Positions 1 to 10,440 of a stretch of 64,000 nt of DNA are shown here, piece by piece. The stretch comes from a virus. Lineage: Duplodnaviria > Caudoviricetes. The stretch lies in IMG/VR virus record IMGVR_UViG_3300025679_000005. The stretch is one strand, 5' to 3'. The notes beneath the pieces were generated by a model that did not search any database, was not told the origin of the DNA, and worked only from the letters and a program-made list of their open reading frames with translations. Every line of letters starts with the position of its first letter. Within the stretch, counting starts at the first letter, position 1. The position numbers and the translations under genes are program-made.

Positions 1-3
1 GCC

Positions 4-279
4 ATGAGCCTCAAGAAGCTGTGGGATACGGTTGGTGACGCCCTCGACGAATTTGTGGAAGAAGTTCTAGAGGACATCGTCCCTACGATTGAAGCGGCCA
101 AAGACGAACGCTCCGGAGTGGTCAAGGAGCTAGCTGTCTTGACCACTGACAGCCCTGAGGTCATCGAGCGACGGGCACTGGGGATCTACCTCAGTATCGT
201 CAAACACATCAAGGGTGGTGGCTCCGTCAAATTCTTGGACGCCAAAGGCGTGCGGACCCTCAAGGTCCCTCTGCGGTGA
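4..279 (+). CDS. hypothetical protein
   Basis: 91 aa ORF; stop overlaps next start. Confidence 0.55.
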   Translation: MSLKKLWDTVGDALDEFVEEVLEDIVPTIEAAKDERSGVVKELAVLTTDSPEVIERRALGIYLSIVKHIKGGGSVKFLDAKGVRTLKVPLR

Positions 280-470
280 TCTTCTGGGAAGAAACCCGAA
301 AGGAGTCGGGACACTTCGAGAAGTTTTACCGTCGAAACGGGAGCTTCATCTTCGACTTCAGTCGATGGATTTGGTTCCAGCAACGAGGGGACTTCAGTCT
401 AGGAGCTTGTGCTACTCCCTACGAGCACCCTGAGTTCTGGGCTGGGGTTTTTGGTATTGAATTGGTGTAA
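276..470 (+). CDS. hypothetical protein
   Basis: 64 aa ORF, GTGA overlap with previous gene. Confidence 0.5.
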   Translation: MIFWEETRKESGHFEKFYRRNGSFIFDFSRWIWFQQRGDFSLGACATPYEHPEFWAGVFGIELV

Positions 471-596
471 GAAGCGTACTGATTGCTCAGTACGCTGAGA
501 CTACGACCTGTCTATTACTGACGGACAGGCTCAAAAAGACCGATGAGAACAGCTCTCATCGGTCTTTTTCGTTGGTGTATGATACTATCCGCCGCT

Positions 597-1442
597 ATGC
601 CCAGAATTGCTTGGAGTACAGACACCCACCTCAACTTCCTGCACTACCCGAAGGCCCCCAAGGCCTTCGGGGAGTATCTGGCAGCGGAGCAGCCTTTCGA
701 CAGCATGATCTTGACTGGGGATATCTCAGAAGGTCCAGAGGTGGTCTATCACGTCAAGCAAGTACAGGAAGGGTTCGTCAAGCCCGTGTACTTCATAATG
801 GGCAACCACGATTACTACATGAGTTCCTTCGCTGAGGTTGATATGGCCATGGCAAAGGTGCCTGGCTGGCTCACCAAGAGCGGGGTCGTGGAAATAGACC
901 CAGGTGTAGCCCTCGTTGGCCACGAGGGCTGGTACGACGCTGAGTACGGTCACGCTTACGCCAGGTTCAATATGGCGGATTGGTCTCTCATCGGGGAGCT
1001 GAAAAGTTACATCTCAAGAGACGACCTCTTGGCCAAGATCCGAGCTAAAGCCCAGCTCGCTGCTAAGGCAGCTCGCCCTATTTTGGAAGCGGCGATCAAA
1101 GACCATGAACTAGTCTTGTTCGCCACGCACTTCCCGCCCTTCAAAGGTGCCTGCTGGCACGAAGGCGGCCTCAGTAACGACAACTACCTCCCGTGGTTCT
1201 CTTCGAAGGCTATGGGAGATATCCTCCTGGAAGTGGCTTCAGCCAATCCCACGAAGCGGATTCTAGTTCTGTGTGGACACACCCACAGCTTCGGGATCTA
1301 TGACGCAGCCCCCAACCTCAAGGTCTTGACGGGGAAGGCCAAGTACGGTTCGCCTGACCTCACAGGCGTCTTGGAGATTGCGGACACCAAAGTCTTGATC
1401 CGGATGAAAGACTCCAGCTGGGCGGACAGGGGCATTTTCTGA
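597..1442 (+). CDS. calcineurin-like metallophosphoesterase
   Basis: DTH, GD, GNHD and GHTH motifs; start placed at ATG 597 after GGTGTA motif. Confidence 0.85.
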   Translation: MPRIAWSTDTHLNFLHYPKAPKAFGEYLAAEQPFDSMILTGDISEGPEVVYHVKQVQEGFVKPVYFIMGNHDYYMSSFAEVDMAMAKVPGWLTKSGVVEIDPGVALVGHEGWYDAEYGHAYARFNMADWSLIGELKSYISRDDLLAKIRAKAQLAAKAARPILEAAIKDHELVLFATHFPPFKGACWHEGGLSNDNYLPWFSSKAMGDILLEVASANPTKRILVLCGHTHSFGIYDAAPNLKVLTGKAKYGSPDLTGVLEIADTKVLIRMKDSSWADRGIF

Positions 1443-1447
1443 GACCG

Positions 1448-1714
1448 TTGTCCGAAAAGCCGTTCGAGATCGCTTACCGACGTTGGAAACACATAGAGTC
1501 CGGTTACGTTGTCGAGGTCTTAGGGGTGCACCATTATACGGGTACTCACGGGCATTACGCCACAGTGACCGTGCGTGGGACCCGCCTGTCCAAAACCAAG
1601 GAAGCTTCCTGGTCAGCGAATAACTTTCTTCTGAAATTCAAACCTAGGGGCAAAAAGATCAAGTTCACATCGAAATGGGACCTTTTGGCTGACGACCCCT
1701 TATCCTCTATCTAA
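1448..1714 (+). CDS. hypothetical protein
   Basis: 88 aa ORF directly downstream. Confidence 0.5.
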   Translation: MSEKPFEIAYRRWKHIESGYVVEVLGVHHYTGTHGHYATVTVRGTRLSKTKEASWSANNFLLKFKPRGKKIKFTSKWDLLADDPLSSI

Positions 1715-1942
1715 GGCTAGACGTACCTTACCCTATGATTTTCGGCACCTTCATCATTGTCTTCGTAGTCGGACTGCTGTTCGCAACCCTACGGACTAAG
1801 GTGCCAAAGAGGGGCGCCCCGGAAAGCAAATCGCAGAACTAAAGAACTACGGGCAATTCCAGGGCGCTCCTAGGAGTATACACCGAATCCCGGGTTTTGC
1901 CAATCCACCATAAATAGATCTTGGGGTTGATAGAACATTAGG

Positions 1943-2278
1943 GTGCATCCCATTTGTAGGATGCCTTCATCTCTCTCAGACTACACGGGCGGGCAGACAG
2001 ATCTGCCTTTCATGGTTGAAATGACCAAAACCGTGATCTTGGCTGGATTACAACTCCAGGTCGAGACTACGATTGATCCTGCATCCCTTGCATACGACAC
2101 CGATTCCTTTGTCTGGGAAGAGGGGCAGATTGTCATGTCCCTCACTTTCAGGGACGGGTTCGGATGGGCACACGGGCGGCTCTACATTCAACCTAGCATC
2201 AGCGATGCCCACGATGTATGCTTCCTCGTAGATGCCGAGTTTCTAGGATACATTCCACGTAACGAGGGCCTAAACTGA
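1943..2278 (+). CDS. hypothetical protein
   Basis: 111 aa ORF. Confidence 0.45.
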   Translation: MHPICRMPSSLSDYTGGQTDLPFMVEMTKTVILAGLQLQVETTIDPASLAYDTDSFVWEEGQIVMSLTFRDGFGWAHGRLYIQPSISDAHDVCFLVDAEFLGYIPRNEGLN

Positions 2279-2288
2279 CCGCCTGAAA

Positions 2289-2717
2289 ATGTCCACGCCA
2301 CTCCTCCTCATTGAACGCACTTCCGACACCCCGATACGTCCCAAAGATATCGACGGAGATAGTGCCTTTATCGGAGCGTTTGGTCAACGTGAGCAGGAGA
2401 CACTAGCCCTCTGGATTGTGCGTCTGTGCCAGGCCAGGAAGAGTTGGCGCCCGTTCAAAATAACGGATCTCGTGAACTACTACGCGATGCATTACGGGAT
2501 TGAAGCTAAGGACTTCGAGTACAGCCTGAGCTTTTTGACGAAGCAAGACTGGGTCGTGGTCGAGGGGGAAGTCGTCACCCTCACTATCCCCTTTGTTGCT
2601 CAATGCTACTTGCACGCTCCGATATTGAGGCTGCCTTTAAGAAAAAAGGTTCGTAAACCTAAAGTGATCGAGCGCATTAGCCGTTACGAACGGCTAATGA
2701 AAGGGTTTCTTCCATAG
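2289..2717 (+). CDS. hypothetical protein
   Basis: 142 aa ORF; 3' end overlaps tnpB 3' end. Confidence 0.55.
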   Translation: MSTPLLLIERTSDTPIRPKDIDGDSAFIGAFGQREQETLALWIVRLCQARKSWRPFKITDLVNYYAMHYGIEAKDFEYSLSFLTKQDWVVVEGEVVTLTIPFVAQCYLHAPILRLPLRKKVRKPKVIERISRYERLMKGFLP

Positions 2718-3856
2718 ACTCTGGAATTCGGCTGGGGCTTCATCCCCAAGACCGCGCTCAAACCGAGCGCTTTTATATTCAATGCAGCGTTCTGATCTCT
2801 GTCCATGACGAGACCACAGACAGGGCAGCTATGGACGCGGTCCCGAAGTCCCTTGGGGACGACGGACCCGCACGCATGACACCTCTGTGTGGTCCCTCTT
2901 GGATCTACCCCTACTGCTAACTTGCCAGCTTCTTCCGCTTTGCATTTTAGGCAGTGAATGGTGATTGACCAGGATGCATCTGTGATTGATTTGGCTAGAT
3001 ATGAGCCTTCGATCATCTGGGCTATTGAAAGGTCTTCGTAGCAGACGATGTCATTCAATTCGAAAAGACTCTTAGCGAGCTTCCTAGCGTGATCTAGGCG
3101 CTGATTCTTGATATGGGCGTGAGCCCGCTGGACTAGGATCTTAGCTCGCTTCCGACTGTTGCTGCCCCGGCGCTTGCGTTGCAGAGCGCGTTGGCGCCTG
3201 GCCAATAGATCCTGACCGGCCTTGAAGAAGCGAGGGTTCTCGATCGTTTCACCAGAATCGAGGGTGCTGAAATGAGCCAACCCGAGGTCGATACCGACGG
3301 ACTTCGTGGGGTCGACAACGACCTCGGGAGCGGCTCCGAGGTCACACTGAAAGATCACGAACCAGCGATTACCCTCTCTGCGAACTGAGATGTCCTTGAG
3401 CATTCCCTTGTGGGGGCGGTACTGGTTGAACTTGATTAGGCCTAACTTAGGGATTTTGACTCGGGCTGAATAGCCACTGGCCTTTGGGATCGGCTCAGAG
3501 AACTGTCCCATGAGCGAGAAAGAGTTATACCGTTTAGAGCTACGGAAGCGAGGGAATCCCGGCGTTTCGCCAGACTTTAGACGACGGAAGAATGCCTTGT
3601 AGGCGTGGTCAAGGCGCTTGAGAGGGGTCCTGAGGATAGTGGCTGGAATCGTCCTGAATTCAGGGTCTTGGGATCGAATGAGGGTCAGGGATTTCTGTTG
3701 ATCGTATCTGGTCAAACTTTTGCCGAATCTACGATAGCAGTTGATTCGCTCTTCCAACGCCCCGTTGTAGAGGCTACAACACAAGCGAAGCCAGTGTAGC
3801 AGAATTACTTCTTGGGTCTTCGTCGGATGCAGCGGGTATCGATAAGAACGGATCAT
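2684..3856 (-). mobile_element. tnpB: TnpB RNA-guided endonuclease (IS200/IS605 family), no TnpA
   Basis: N-term YRYPLHPT, GIDLG, YEDL, CxxC-CPxC zinc ribbon, RDQNAALN. Confidence 0.95.
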
Positions 3857-3890
3857 CTAAGATGGTGTAGTATCTCAGAAAATTACCCTA

Positions 3891-4142
3891 ATGTCCATGT
3901 ATCTGATCACACTGACGGTTTTCGCCACTTGGCTCATCTTCAAAGCCAACCAAGTCTCCCGCAGAATACCTACCTGTCGGTATCGAGACCTTGGGGATTT
4001 CATCTGGGCCGCTGAGGCCTACACGGGCGGTTACTTTGCTATCGCTCTGTTGGGAGTCTTTTTTGGGCCATGGGGCCTGGCGATGATGGCCTGGATTCTA
4101 GGCTATGCTCTGCTTTGCCGGATTCGGGGAGCATCGACTTAA
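3891..4142 (+). CDS. small membrane protein
   Basis: 83 aa with hydrophobic segments. Confidence 0.5.
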   Translation: MSMYLITLTVFATWLIFKANQVSRRIPTCRYRDLGDFIWAAEAYTGGYFAIALLGVFFGPWGLAMMAWILGYALLCRIRGAST

Positions 4143-4172
4143 TTTCTTCGAGGTCGATCCGTTCTATAGGAC

Positions 4173-4346
4173 ATGGACAATAATTCGATCTCTATGGAAG
4201 ATGCCGCCGACGCTTTTCACGAGCTTAACGAGGAAGACTTCATCGAAGCTGTGAAAGCTATGCTTGAACGTCGTATGCGCATTTACCCTATTGCTCAGAG
4301 GCACATGTTTCGTGATGACGTTTGCAATGCGATCAAGTCCCTGTAA
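4173..4346 (+). CDS. small hypothetical protein (57 aa)
   Basis: Translated by hand (MDNNSISMEDAADAF...), AGGA RBS; below ORF-track cutoff. Confidence 0.5.
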   Translation: MDNNSISMEDAADAFHELNEEDFIEAVKAMLERRMRIYPIAQRHMFRDDVCNAIKSL

Positions 4347-4502
4347 GCACTCGCCCGACATGCACGGGACGATTGTTCGACATGCCAGTATTCGGTTAGC
4401 ACGGTCGAGCATGGCCCATTCAGAAGAATGGTGTGAAGCCTGTTTAGGGGATGATAGCGGCACAGTACTTAGTTAGGGTGGTCTTACAGTTATAACTTAG
4501 CC

Positions 4503-5036
4503 ATGAATTGGCGTTCTCCCATATCAGAGCAGTCTTTCATCGGCCATGAGAAGGTCAGTGCCAAACTCTTTGCCGGTGCGGCCAAACGTGTCAACTTCTT
4601 CGAAGCCGACGAGGTCAGGGACATCAAGTTCCTTATTTACAACCTGGGCTACATTGAGGAGTACGATTCCTCGTGGACGGACAGTGCGGTCGCTCGCCTC
4701 CAACGGCTGGCGGGATCCCACTTCAATGACCTAGTGGCTCTGGCCAGAGCGGACATCTCCTCGAAGAACGAGGCAAAGCGCAGGAAACACTTCGAGACGA
4801 TGAAGGAACTTCGGGATCGTGCAGATGAGCTTGCTCGAATTGCAGCAATTCTGCCGGCCTTGGTTTCCGGCCTGGGAGAGACTATCACCAAGGAGTTCGG
4901 AATTCCTCCCTCCAGGGAGCTGGGAGCGGTGATGCGTAAGCTCACGTCTGCTGTCGAAAACGAGGAGCTTCCTCGTCAAACCAGTGTAGAGACCGTCATT
5001 GCCTTCATGCACGCCAACAAGGACCGTTTCAAGTGA
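4503..5036 (+). CDS. C-terminal part of CCA-adding/tRNA nucleotidyltransferase-like protein
   Basis: LARADISS and GIPPSRELG tail resemble class II CCA enzyme C-terminus; no catalytic head domain. Confidence 0.5.
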   Translation: MNWRSPISEQSFIGHEKVSAKLFAGAAKRVNFFEADEVRDIKFLIYNLGYIEEYDSSWTDSAVARLQRLAGSHFNDLVALARADISSKNEAKRRKHFETMKELRDRADELARIAAILPALVSGLGETITKEFGIPPSRELGAVMRKLTSAVENEELPRQTSVETVIAFMHANKDRFK

Positions 5037-5590
5037 GCAACGTTGCCATATACGGCGGAAGCTTCGACCCCGTACATCTGGGACACGTCATGGTGGTCTC
5101 CCACCTTCTACTCAATGACCCTGACGTGGACGGCATCCTTGTTGTCCCCTGCTTTCAGCAGTCGGGAAAGAAGCTGGCCGGGTTCCACCATCGAATGATG
5201 ATGTGTAACCATGCCTTTGGTTGGCTACCCAGGGTTGATGTTTCCCCCATCGAAGAAGACTTGGGTGGGGAGAGCATCACCTCACGCTTGATCCTGGAGT
5301 TGAAAAAACGCCACCCACAAACCAACTACCGCTTCGTCATGGGGGCTGACCTCATGGATCACGCACCGAAATGGGAGGGTTGGGATGTCATCGAGGAGTT
5401 GGCTCCGCCTCTTGTCATCGGCCGAGCGGGAATCGCTCCTCTCGCTCCTGGAGATCCGACGCCTATCTCTCCCGCTATCAGCTCGACGATCGTCAGGGAC
5501 GCCTTGCACAAGCAGGACTACCATGCAGCCGGCAGGTACCTGCCCCGGGCTGTTCGAGAATACATCGAGAAGCACGGGCTCTACCTGTGA
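5033..5590 (+). CDS. nadD: nicotinate-nucleotide adenylyltransferase
   Basis: YGGSFDPVHLGH, MGAD...W and ISST motifs. Confidence 0.92.
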   Translation: MSNVAIYGGSFDPVHLGHVMVVSHLLLNDPDVDGILVVPCFQQSGKKLAGFHHRMMMCNHAFGWLPRVDVSPIEEDLGGESITSRLILELKKRHPQTNYRFVMGADLMDHAPKWEGWDVIEELAPPLVIGRAGIAPLAPGDPTPISPAISSTIVRDALHKQDYHAAGRYLPRAVREYIEKHGLYL

Positions 5591-5853
5591 CCACTCAAGC
5601 CCATCGAGAACTCGCTTACGAAGTCACCTACGGCGGCGACTGGCGGGACGATCCCAGTTCTGCCTCCGAGTACGTTAGGGTCGGTACCGGAGGAGAAACC
5701 TACGTCCGTATGGCAACGGCAGCTCAGGCGTTCGCCCTACTCGAAGCCAAGGTCGCTCACAAGACCTGGAACGAGGGTTGCTCTGCGGGCAATATCCGAG
5801 TGAACTTTGCCATCGGCGGAAGCGCTCCAGTCAACCCCTACCCGAAAGTATGA
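5587..5853 (+). CDS. hypothetical protein
   Basis: GTGA and ATGA overlaps with both neighbours. Confidence 0.55.
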   Translation: MTTQAHRELAYEVTYGGDWRDDPSSASEYVRVGTGGETYVRMATAAQAFALLEAKVAHKTWNEGCSAGNIRVNFAIGGSAPVNPYPKV

Positions 5854-6293
5854 TTATGAAAGTTGAAATAAAACTCCTAGGTGACATCGTCACCAAAGCT
5901 CCAAGCTATGCCACCTCTGGGGCGGCAGCTGTTGACCTCCAGGCAGCACTTAAAGAGCCTCTGAAGCTCGCTCCGTTCGAGAGGGCAGCAGTGCCCACCG
6001 GGATCGCCATCGCTCTTCCTGAAGGCTATGAGGGGCAGGTACGCCCCCGTTCTGGGCTGGCCATGAAGCATGGCATCAGTATCACTAACGGCCCTGGTAC
6101 AATTGACAGCGACTACCGAGCAGAGATCGGGGTTTTACTGATCAACCTAGGCAGTGAGCCCTATGTGATTAACCCGGGAGACCGTATCGCCCAACTGGTG
6201 ATCGCCCCAGTCACCCAAGCTGAATTCATTGTCGTCGAAACCCTGTCCGAGACCGATCGTGGATCGGGCGGCTTCGGCTCAACCGGAGTCTAA
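5850..6293 (+). CDS. dut: dUTPase
   Basis: [30 protein letters not shown] motifs. Confidence 0.95.
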   Translation: MIMKVEIKLLGDIVTKAPSYATSGAAAVDLQAALKEPLKLAPFERAAVPTGIAIALPEGYEGQVRPRSGLAMKHGISITNGPGTIDSDYRAEIGVLLINLGSEPYVINPGDRIAQLVIAPVTQAEFIVVETLSETDRGSGGFGSTGV

Positions 6294-6300
6294 ATAGCGC

Positions 6301-6337
6301 AGAACCCTCAAAGGCGACCAGGGTCTTTGAGGGTTCT
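6301..6337 (+). terminator. hairpin between convergent genes
   Basis: AGAACCCTCAAAG...CTTTGAGGGTTCT inverted repeat. Confidence 0.6.
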
Positions 6338-6372
6338 ACTTCCTAGCGTTTCAACTCATTTCAACCCATACC

Positions 6373-6600
6373 TCAGATCTCTGAGGTTGGCAACTGAGGG
6401 CCAGTGGGCTCGGCCAAGATCTTGACCCGTGACTTGGGGCTGCCAAGCCTCTTCGGGCTTCTTGCGGCCGGCAACTGACGGGCCTCGAACTTGGCGGCAA
6501 GGATATTCTGGGTCTCTTCGAGGAGGCTCTCTCGAACCAGCTCGATGATGTCTTTGGCGAAGTCGTTGATCAGGACACGGGACTTTTCAGAGTTAATCAT
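6373..6600 (-). CDS. hypothetical protein with basic tail
   Basis: 75 aa; GGTGTA motif 9 nt upstream. Confidence 0.55.
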   Translation of the reverse strand: MINSEKSRVLINDFAKDIIELVRESLLEETQNILAAKFEARQLPAARSPKRLGSPKSRVKILAEPTGPQLPTSEI

Positions 6601-6656
6601 CCCTGTACCTACACCGCCTAGGAAGATGTGCCTATAACCCCGGTGTAAAATCCTGG

Positions 6657-7031
6657 ATGAAGGTTTTGGTCTGCGGGTCGAGGAAATGGTTAGACCAGAA
6701 GCCTATCGAAGCTGTTCTGAAACGCTTCCCTCCAGGTACCGTCCTCATCCACGGGGACTGCGCTGGGGCCGACCGCATTGCCGCCGACGTAGGACGACGC
6801 CTAGGATTCGTAGTGCGGGGCTACCCGGCTGAAGCCGACGGTAGGACCTGGCCCTCGGCCGGACCCCTCAGAAACCAGGTGATGCTTGACCGTGAGCACA
6901 TTGAAGGGGACTACTTCGACTTGGCCCTGATATTCCACAAGGATCCAAACCTGGGGAAGGGTAGTCGGGACATGCACGGACGCATAAAAAATGCAGTCCC
7001 CGTCATTCCATACGAGGTCCATCGAAAGTAG
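6657..7031 (+). CDS. SLOG family (DUF2493/YspA-like) protein
   Basis: KVLVCGSR, IHGDCAGAD, AGPLRN motifs. Confidence 0.8.
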   Translation: MKVLVCGSRKWLDQKPIEAVLKRFPPGTVLIHGDCAGADRIAADVGRRLGFVVRGYPAEADGRTWPSAGPLRNQVMLDREHIEGDYFDLALIFHKDPNLGKGSRDMHGRIKNAVPVIPYEVHRK

Positions 7032-7172
7032 CCTTGACAGCTGGTGCCACAACCCTTAGTATTCCCAGCATGTTCTTGTAGCTGCCTCCGCCACATAAAT
7101 CGCGAGCCCCTCCCGTAGCGTGTGTCTACCCATATACCCATATAGGCCACCATCTAACTACAGGAGTCGATT

Positions 7173-7538
7173 ATGAATTCTCATAAAGCCGCGATCAGTC
7201 ACGTTCGAGAGGCCATCAAGACATTTTCTGCTGAGAAGCCAGAGCTTCGGGCCAAGTTGTTCGACCTGAGGTTCGACGCCACAGGCAAGCACAGGCCGGA
7301 GACAGGCCAGGAGCGTTGTGATCTCAAGAATCACTACGTCATCAATACCCAGTTCAGCCTGAGAGCCCACTACATCGCCTACGGCCTGCTTCGGGGTCGG
7401 GCCTACAAGGTGCTGGAGGCGACCTGCCACGAGGAACCTAGCGTTTACCGGGTGACAGCCATCATCCAGACGGCATTCGGCAACGACGACGAGGCCAAGG
7501 CCTCGGAAGGGTCCTGGGCTGATGACAACCCTAGCTGA
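7173..7538 (+). CDS. conserved phage hypothetical protein
   Basis: HYIAYGLLRGRAY motif. Confidence 0.6.
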   Translation: MNSHKAAISHVREAIKTFSAEKPELRAKLFDLRFDATGKHRPETGQERCDLKNHYVINTQFSLRAHYIAYGLLRGRAYKVLEATCHEEPSVYRVTAIIQTAFGNDDEAKASEGSWADDNPS

Positions 7539-8439
7539 GGCCAAAGCTGACTTCCTAGCGATTCGAGAGTTCCCGTTCAAGGAGCGGGGAAAAGACTTCG
7601 AGGTCCTTTGGCATAGCAACTATTGGGACGGGATGCTTTCGGGTGTCGTCCGGATGGATGCCCGGGAGTACTGGATCGAATGCGTTCTCGACGGCGTAGT
7701 AGGCCTGAGCCCGGAACCAGAAGAGGGTTACCTCAATGGGAGGAACTTCGCGATCGTCCAGCTCGATGATGACCAGATCAAAGAGCTGTACTTTCGCCAC
7801 AAGGACTTCCAGGAGAGCGTAGGCAAGCACACGGACTATACGGGAGGGCAACGCACCATAGGGGCTCACTGCAAGGACTCAGAGGGTTATTACAAGCGAG
7901 CTAAAGAGCGGCCTCCCTTGGACTTCTCGGGCAATGAAGTGGTGGCCTGGTGGGGCCGAATAAACTTCGATGACCAGGACTTGCTCTACAACATGATCTC
8001 AGGTCAGGCCGCAGAGAAGCTCTGGGTTTCGACCGAGGCGATGCTTGACCGTGCTGATCGCCGTAGGAAGCACGAGCAGTGGTGGACGGAATTCTTCGAC
8101 AACGACCCCCTCTACCTGGCCTTCGTTGAGGAGCTGAAAGACCCTCTGCTGAATCCGGAGGCTCACTACAGTGTTGGCCGGACCCATCAGGGTTGGGACA
8201 CGGAGTTTACGATCGAGGAGAGCCGCTTTTGCAAGCGCATTGCCTCCAAGACTCCGACCCAGCCTTACACAATCGACTTCGAATGGGCTGTGAATACAGG
8301 CCCCGTGAAGCTGAGCTTGTTCAAGGACGGGAAGACCCTTGAGGACAAGTTCTTCCGAGAACACTCTGCCGACAGCATCCTAGCGGCTTTCGCATATGCC
8401 AAAAAGATCATTGCGCCCAAATGTGAGCACCGGGAGTGA
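7522..8439 (+). CDS. hypothetical protein; frame stays open to 8604 past the TGA
   Basis: 305 aa ORF plus 54 further in-frame codons. Confidence 0.65.
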   Translation: MTTLAEAKADFLAIREFPFKERGKDFEVLWHSNYWDGMLSGVVRMDAREYWIECVLDGVVGLSPEPEEGYLNGRNFAIVQLDDDQIKELYFRHKDFQESVGKHTDYTGGQRTIGAHCKDSEGYYKRAKERPPLDFSGNEVVAWWGRINFDDQDLLYNMISGQAAEKLWVSTEAMLDRADRRRKHEQWWTEFFDNDPLYLAFVEELKDPLLNPEAHYSVGRTHQGWDTEFTIEESRFCKRIASKTPTQPYTIDFEWAVNTGPVKLSLFKDGKTLEDKFFREHSADSILAAFAYAKKIIAPKCEHRE

Positions 8440-8600
8440 CTCCCCGTTGACGATGAAGACGAATATCGGAGTGTGGGCACCGGGCCTCAATGCACTGAAG
8501 TCGCTACCCATCTGAGCTGCGTTCCCTACGTGAACACCCCTACCTGCCCGAAGCACAAATGCCGATGTCCTATAAAAACTATTGTGCTAGTATTGCCTGA

Positions 8601-9752
8601 ATGATTCGCTCCTATCGCTACCCGTTACATCCTACGAAGGACCAGGAGGCTACTTTGGCCGACTGGCTCTTAGCGTGCGGTAGCCTATACAACGGGGCCT
8701 TGGAAGAGAAGAAGGGTTCTTGGGTCAAGCTCAAAAAAGAGACTTCCTGTTACGACCAATACCGGTCACTGACCCTAATCCGATCTCAGGACCCCGCATT
8801 CGGAGCAATCCCAGCAGCTATCCTCAGATCCCCCCTCAAGCGCCTTGACCTTGCTTACAAGGCATTTTTCCGTCGTGTGAAATCTGGTGAAGCCCCTGGC
8901 TTCCCCAGATTCAAGAGCAGTAAGCGTTACGATTCTTTCTCGTTGATGGGCCGTTTCTGTGAGGTCATTTCCAAGGTCAAAGGCTCCTCAGCTCAAGTGC
9001 CTATCCCCAAGCTAGGCCTGGTCAAGTTCAACCAGTATCGACCTCACAAGGGGACGATCAAGGACATCATTGTCAAGCGAGATGGGGATCGTTGGTTCGT
9101 TATCTTCCAGTGCGATCTAGGAGTCGCCCCCAAGATTGATGTCGACCTCACGAATTCCGTCGGCATCGACCTAGGACTCACCCACTTCGCGACATTGGAC
9201 TCCGGGGATGTCCTTGACAATCCTAGGCTCTTCCGAGCTGGCCAAGAGTTGTTAGCCAAGCGCCAACGTTCTTTATCACGTAAGCGCAGGGGCAGCCGCT
9301 CTCGCCAGCGAGCAAAAGTCCTTGTTCAAAGGGCTCATGCCCACATCAAGAATCAGAGGTTAGATCACGCCAGAAAGCTGGCAAAATCTCTCTTCGACCG
9401 CTTTGATGTAGTCTGTTACGAAGACCTCTCGATCCACTCAATGATCGAGGGCTCGTCTCTAGCGAAATCAATCTTGGACGCATCCTGGTCAATCACAATC
9501 CACTGCCTAAAAAGCAAAGCTGAGAACGCTGGCAAATTAGCGGTGGCGGTAGATCCAAGAGGGACCACACAGAGGTGTCATGCCTGCGGAACCGTTGTCC
9601 CAAAGGGACTTCGGGACCGCGTCCATGATTGCCCTCAGTGTGGACTCATCATGGATCGAGATCAGAACGCTGCATTGAATATAAAAGCGCTCGGTTTGAG
9701 CGAGGTTCGTGGCCTGCAAGGCCAGCCGAAGTCCAGAGAAAGGGCGGCTTAA
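8601..9752 (+). mobile_element. tnpB: TnpB RNA-guided endonuclease, second copy, no TnpA
   Basis: Same intact RuvC D/E/D and zinc ribbon motifs as 2684-3856. Confidence 0.95.
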
Positions 9753-10103
9753 ATGAGCAGTCAAGACTCGGGCAAAACCCCGATGCAACCCGCCAAAGTC
9801 TATCTCGTAACCAGGACGGACCTCCCGGTGGGTCAGCGGGCGGTTCAAGCCGCTCACGCCCTCCGTGAGTTCAACCACCTGTATCCCCTCGAAGACGCCA
9901 TCTGGTATCGAGAGTCCAATACCTTGGCTCTTCTGGAGGTCAGGGACGAGACCTAGCTGAATCATCTTTTGGAAAAGGCTAGGGTGTGTGGTATATCCGC
10001 GGCACCTTTTAGGGAACCTGATCGTGACAACGAACTCACAGCAGTGGCATTCGGCCCGGCAGCAAAGAAGCTGTGCCGAGGTCTGCCGTTGGCGTTCAAG
10101 TAA
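9753..10103 (+). CDS. Pth2-like peptidyl-tRNA hydrolase with in-frame TAG at 9954-9956
   Basis: YLVTRTDL...QAAHA before the stop and FREPDRDNELTAVAFGP...LPL after it, same frame. Confidence 0.8.
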
Positions 10104-10124
10104 GGAGGGTGTGCTCATGTAGTT

Positions 10125-10346
10125 ATGCACATCAACTACAGACGCAAAAACAAGCACAAATCCCTTCGCCGCCGTGGACGCAAGTACGCCTACAGCTACA
10201 GACCTAGGTCACTGAAATCAGTGCGGAACAGGTCTGCCCGAGACTGGCGCATCCTGACCCGTCGATTGATGGACCTCGAAAGGTTTGACGAGCTTCCCGA
10301 TCGTCGGCCCAAAACCGTCTACAGGGATCTCTGGCGGTTCTACTGA
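10125..10346 (+). CDS. small Arg/Lys-rich protein
   Basis: 73 aa, highly basic. Confidence 0.55.
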   Translation: MHINYRRKNKHKSLRRRGRKYAYSYRPRSLKSVRNRSARDWRILTRRLMDLERFDELPDRRPKTVYRDLWRFY

Positions 10347-10347
10347 G

Positions 10348-10440
10348 CGCCCCACGGTGGGACTCGAACCCACGATCTTCGTCCGTAAGGACTCTTGCAG
10401 TTTTAAGAATCTGCTGCTCTGGCCGCTGAGCGATAGGAGC
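10348..10440 (-). tRNA. atypical class II tRNA-like gene, 8-nt anticodon loop TTCTTAAA
   Basis: D, T and long variable arms present; paralog of 10582-10674; imperfect acceptor stem. Confidence 0.55.

Noticed and set aside
4344-4436. Possible ochre readthrough of the 4173 gene (29 more codons)
   Set aside because: The extension is short enough to be chance and has no motif or coupling support
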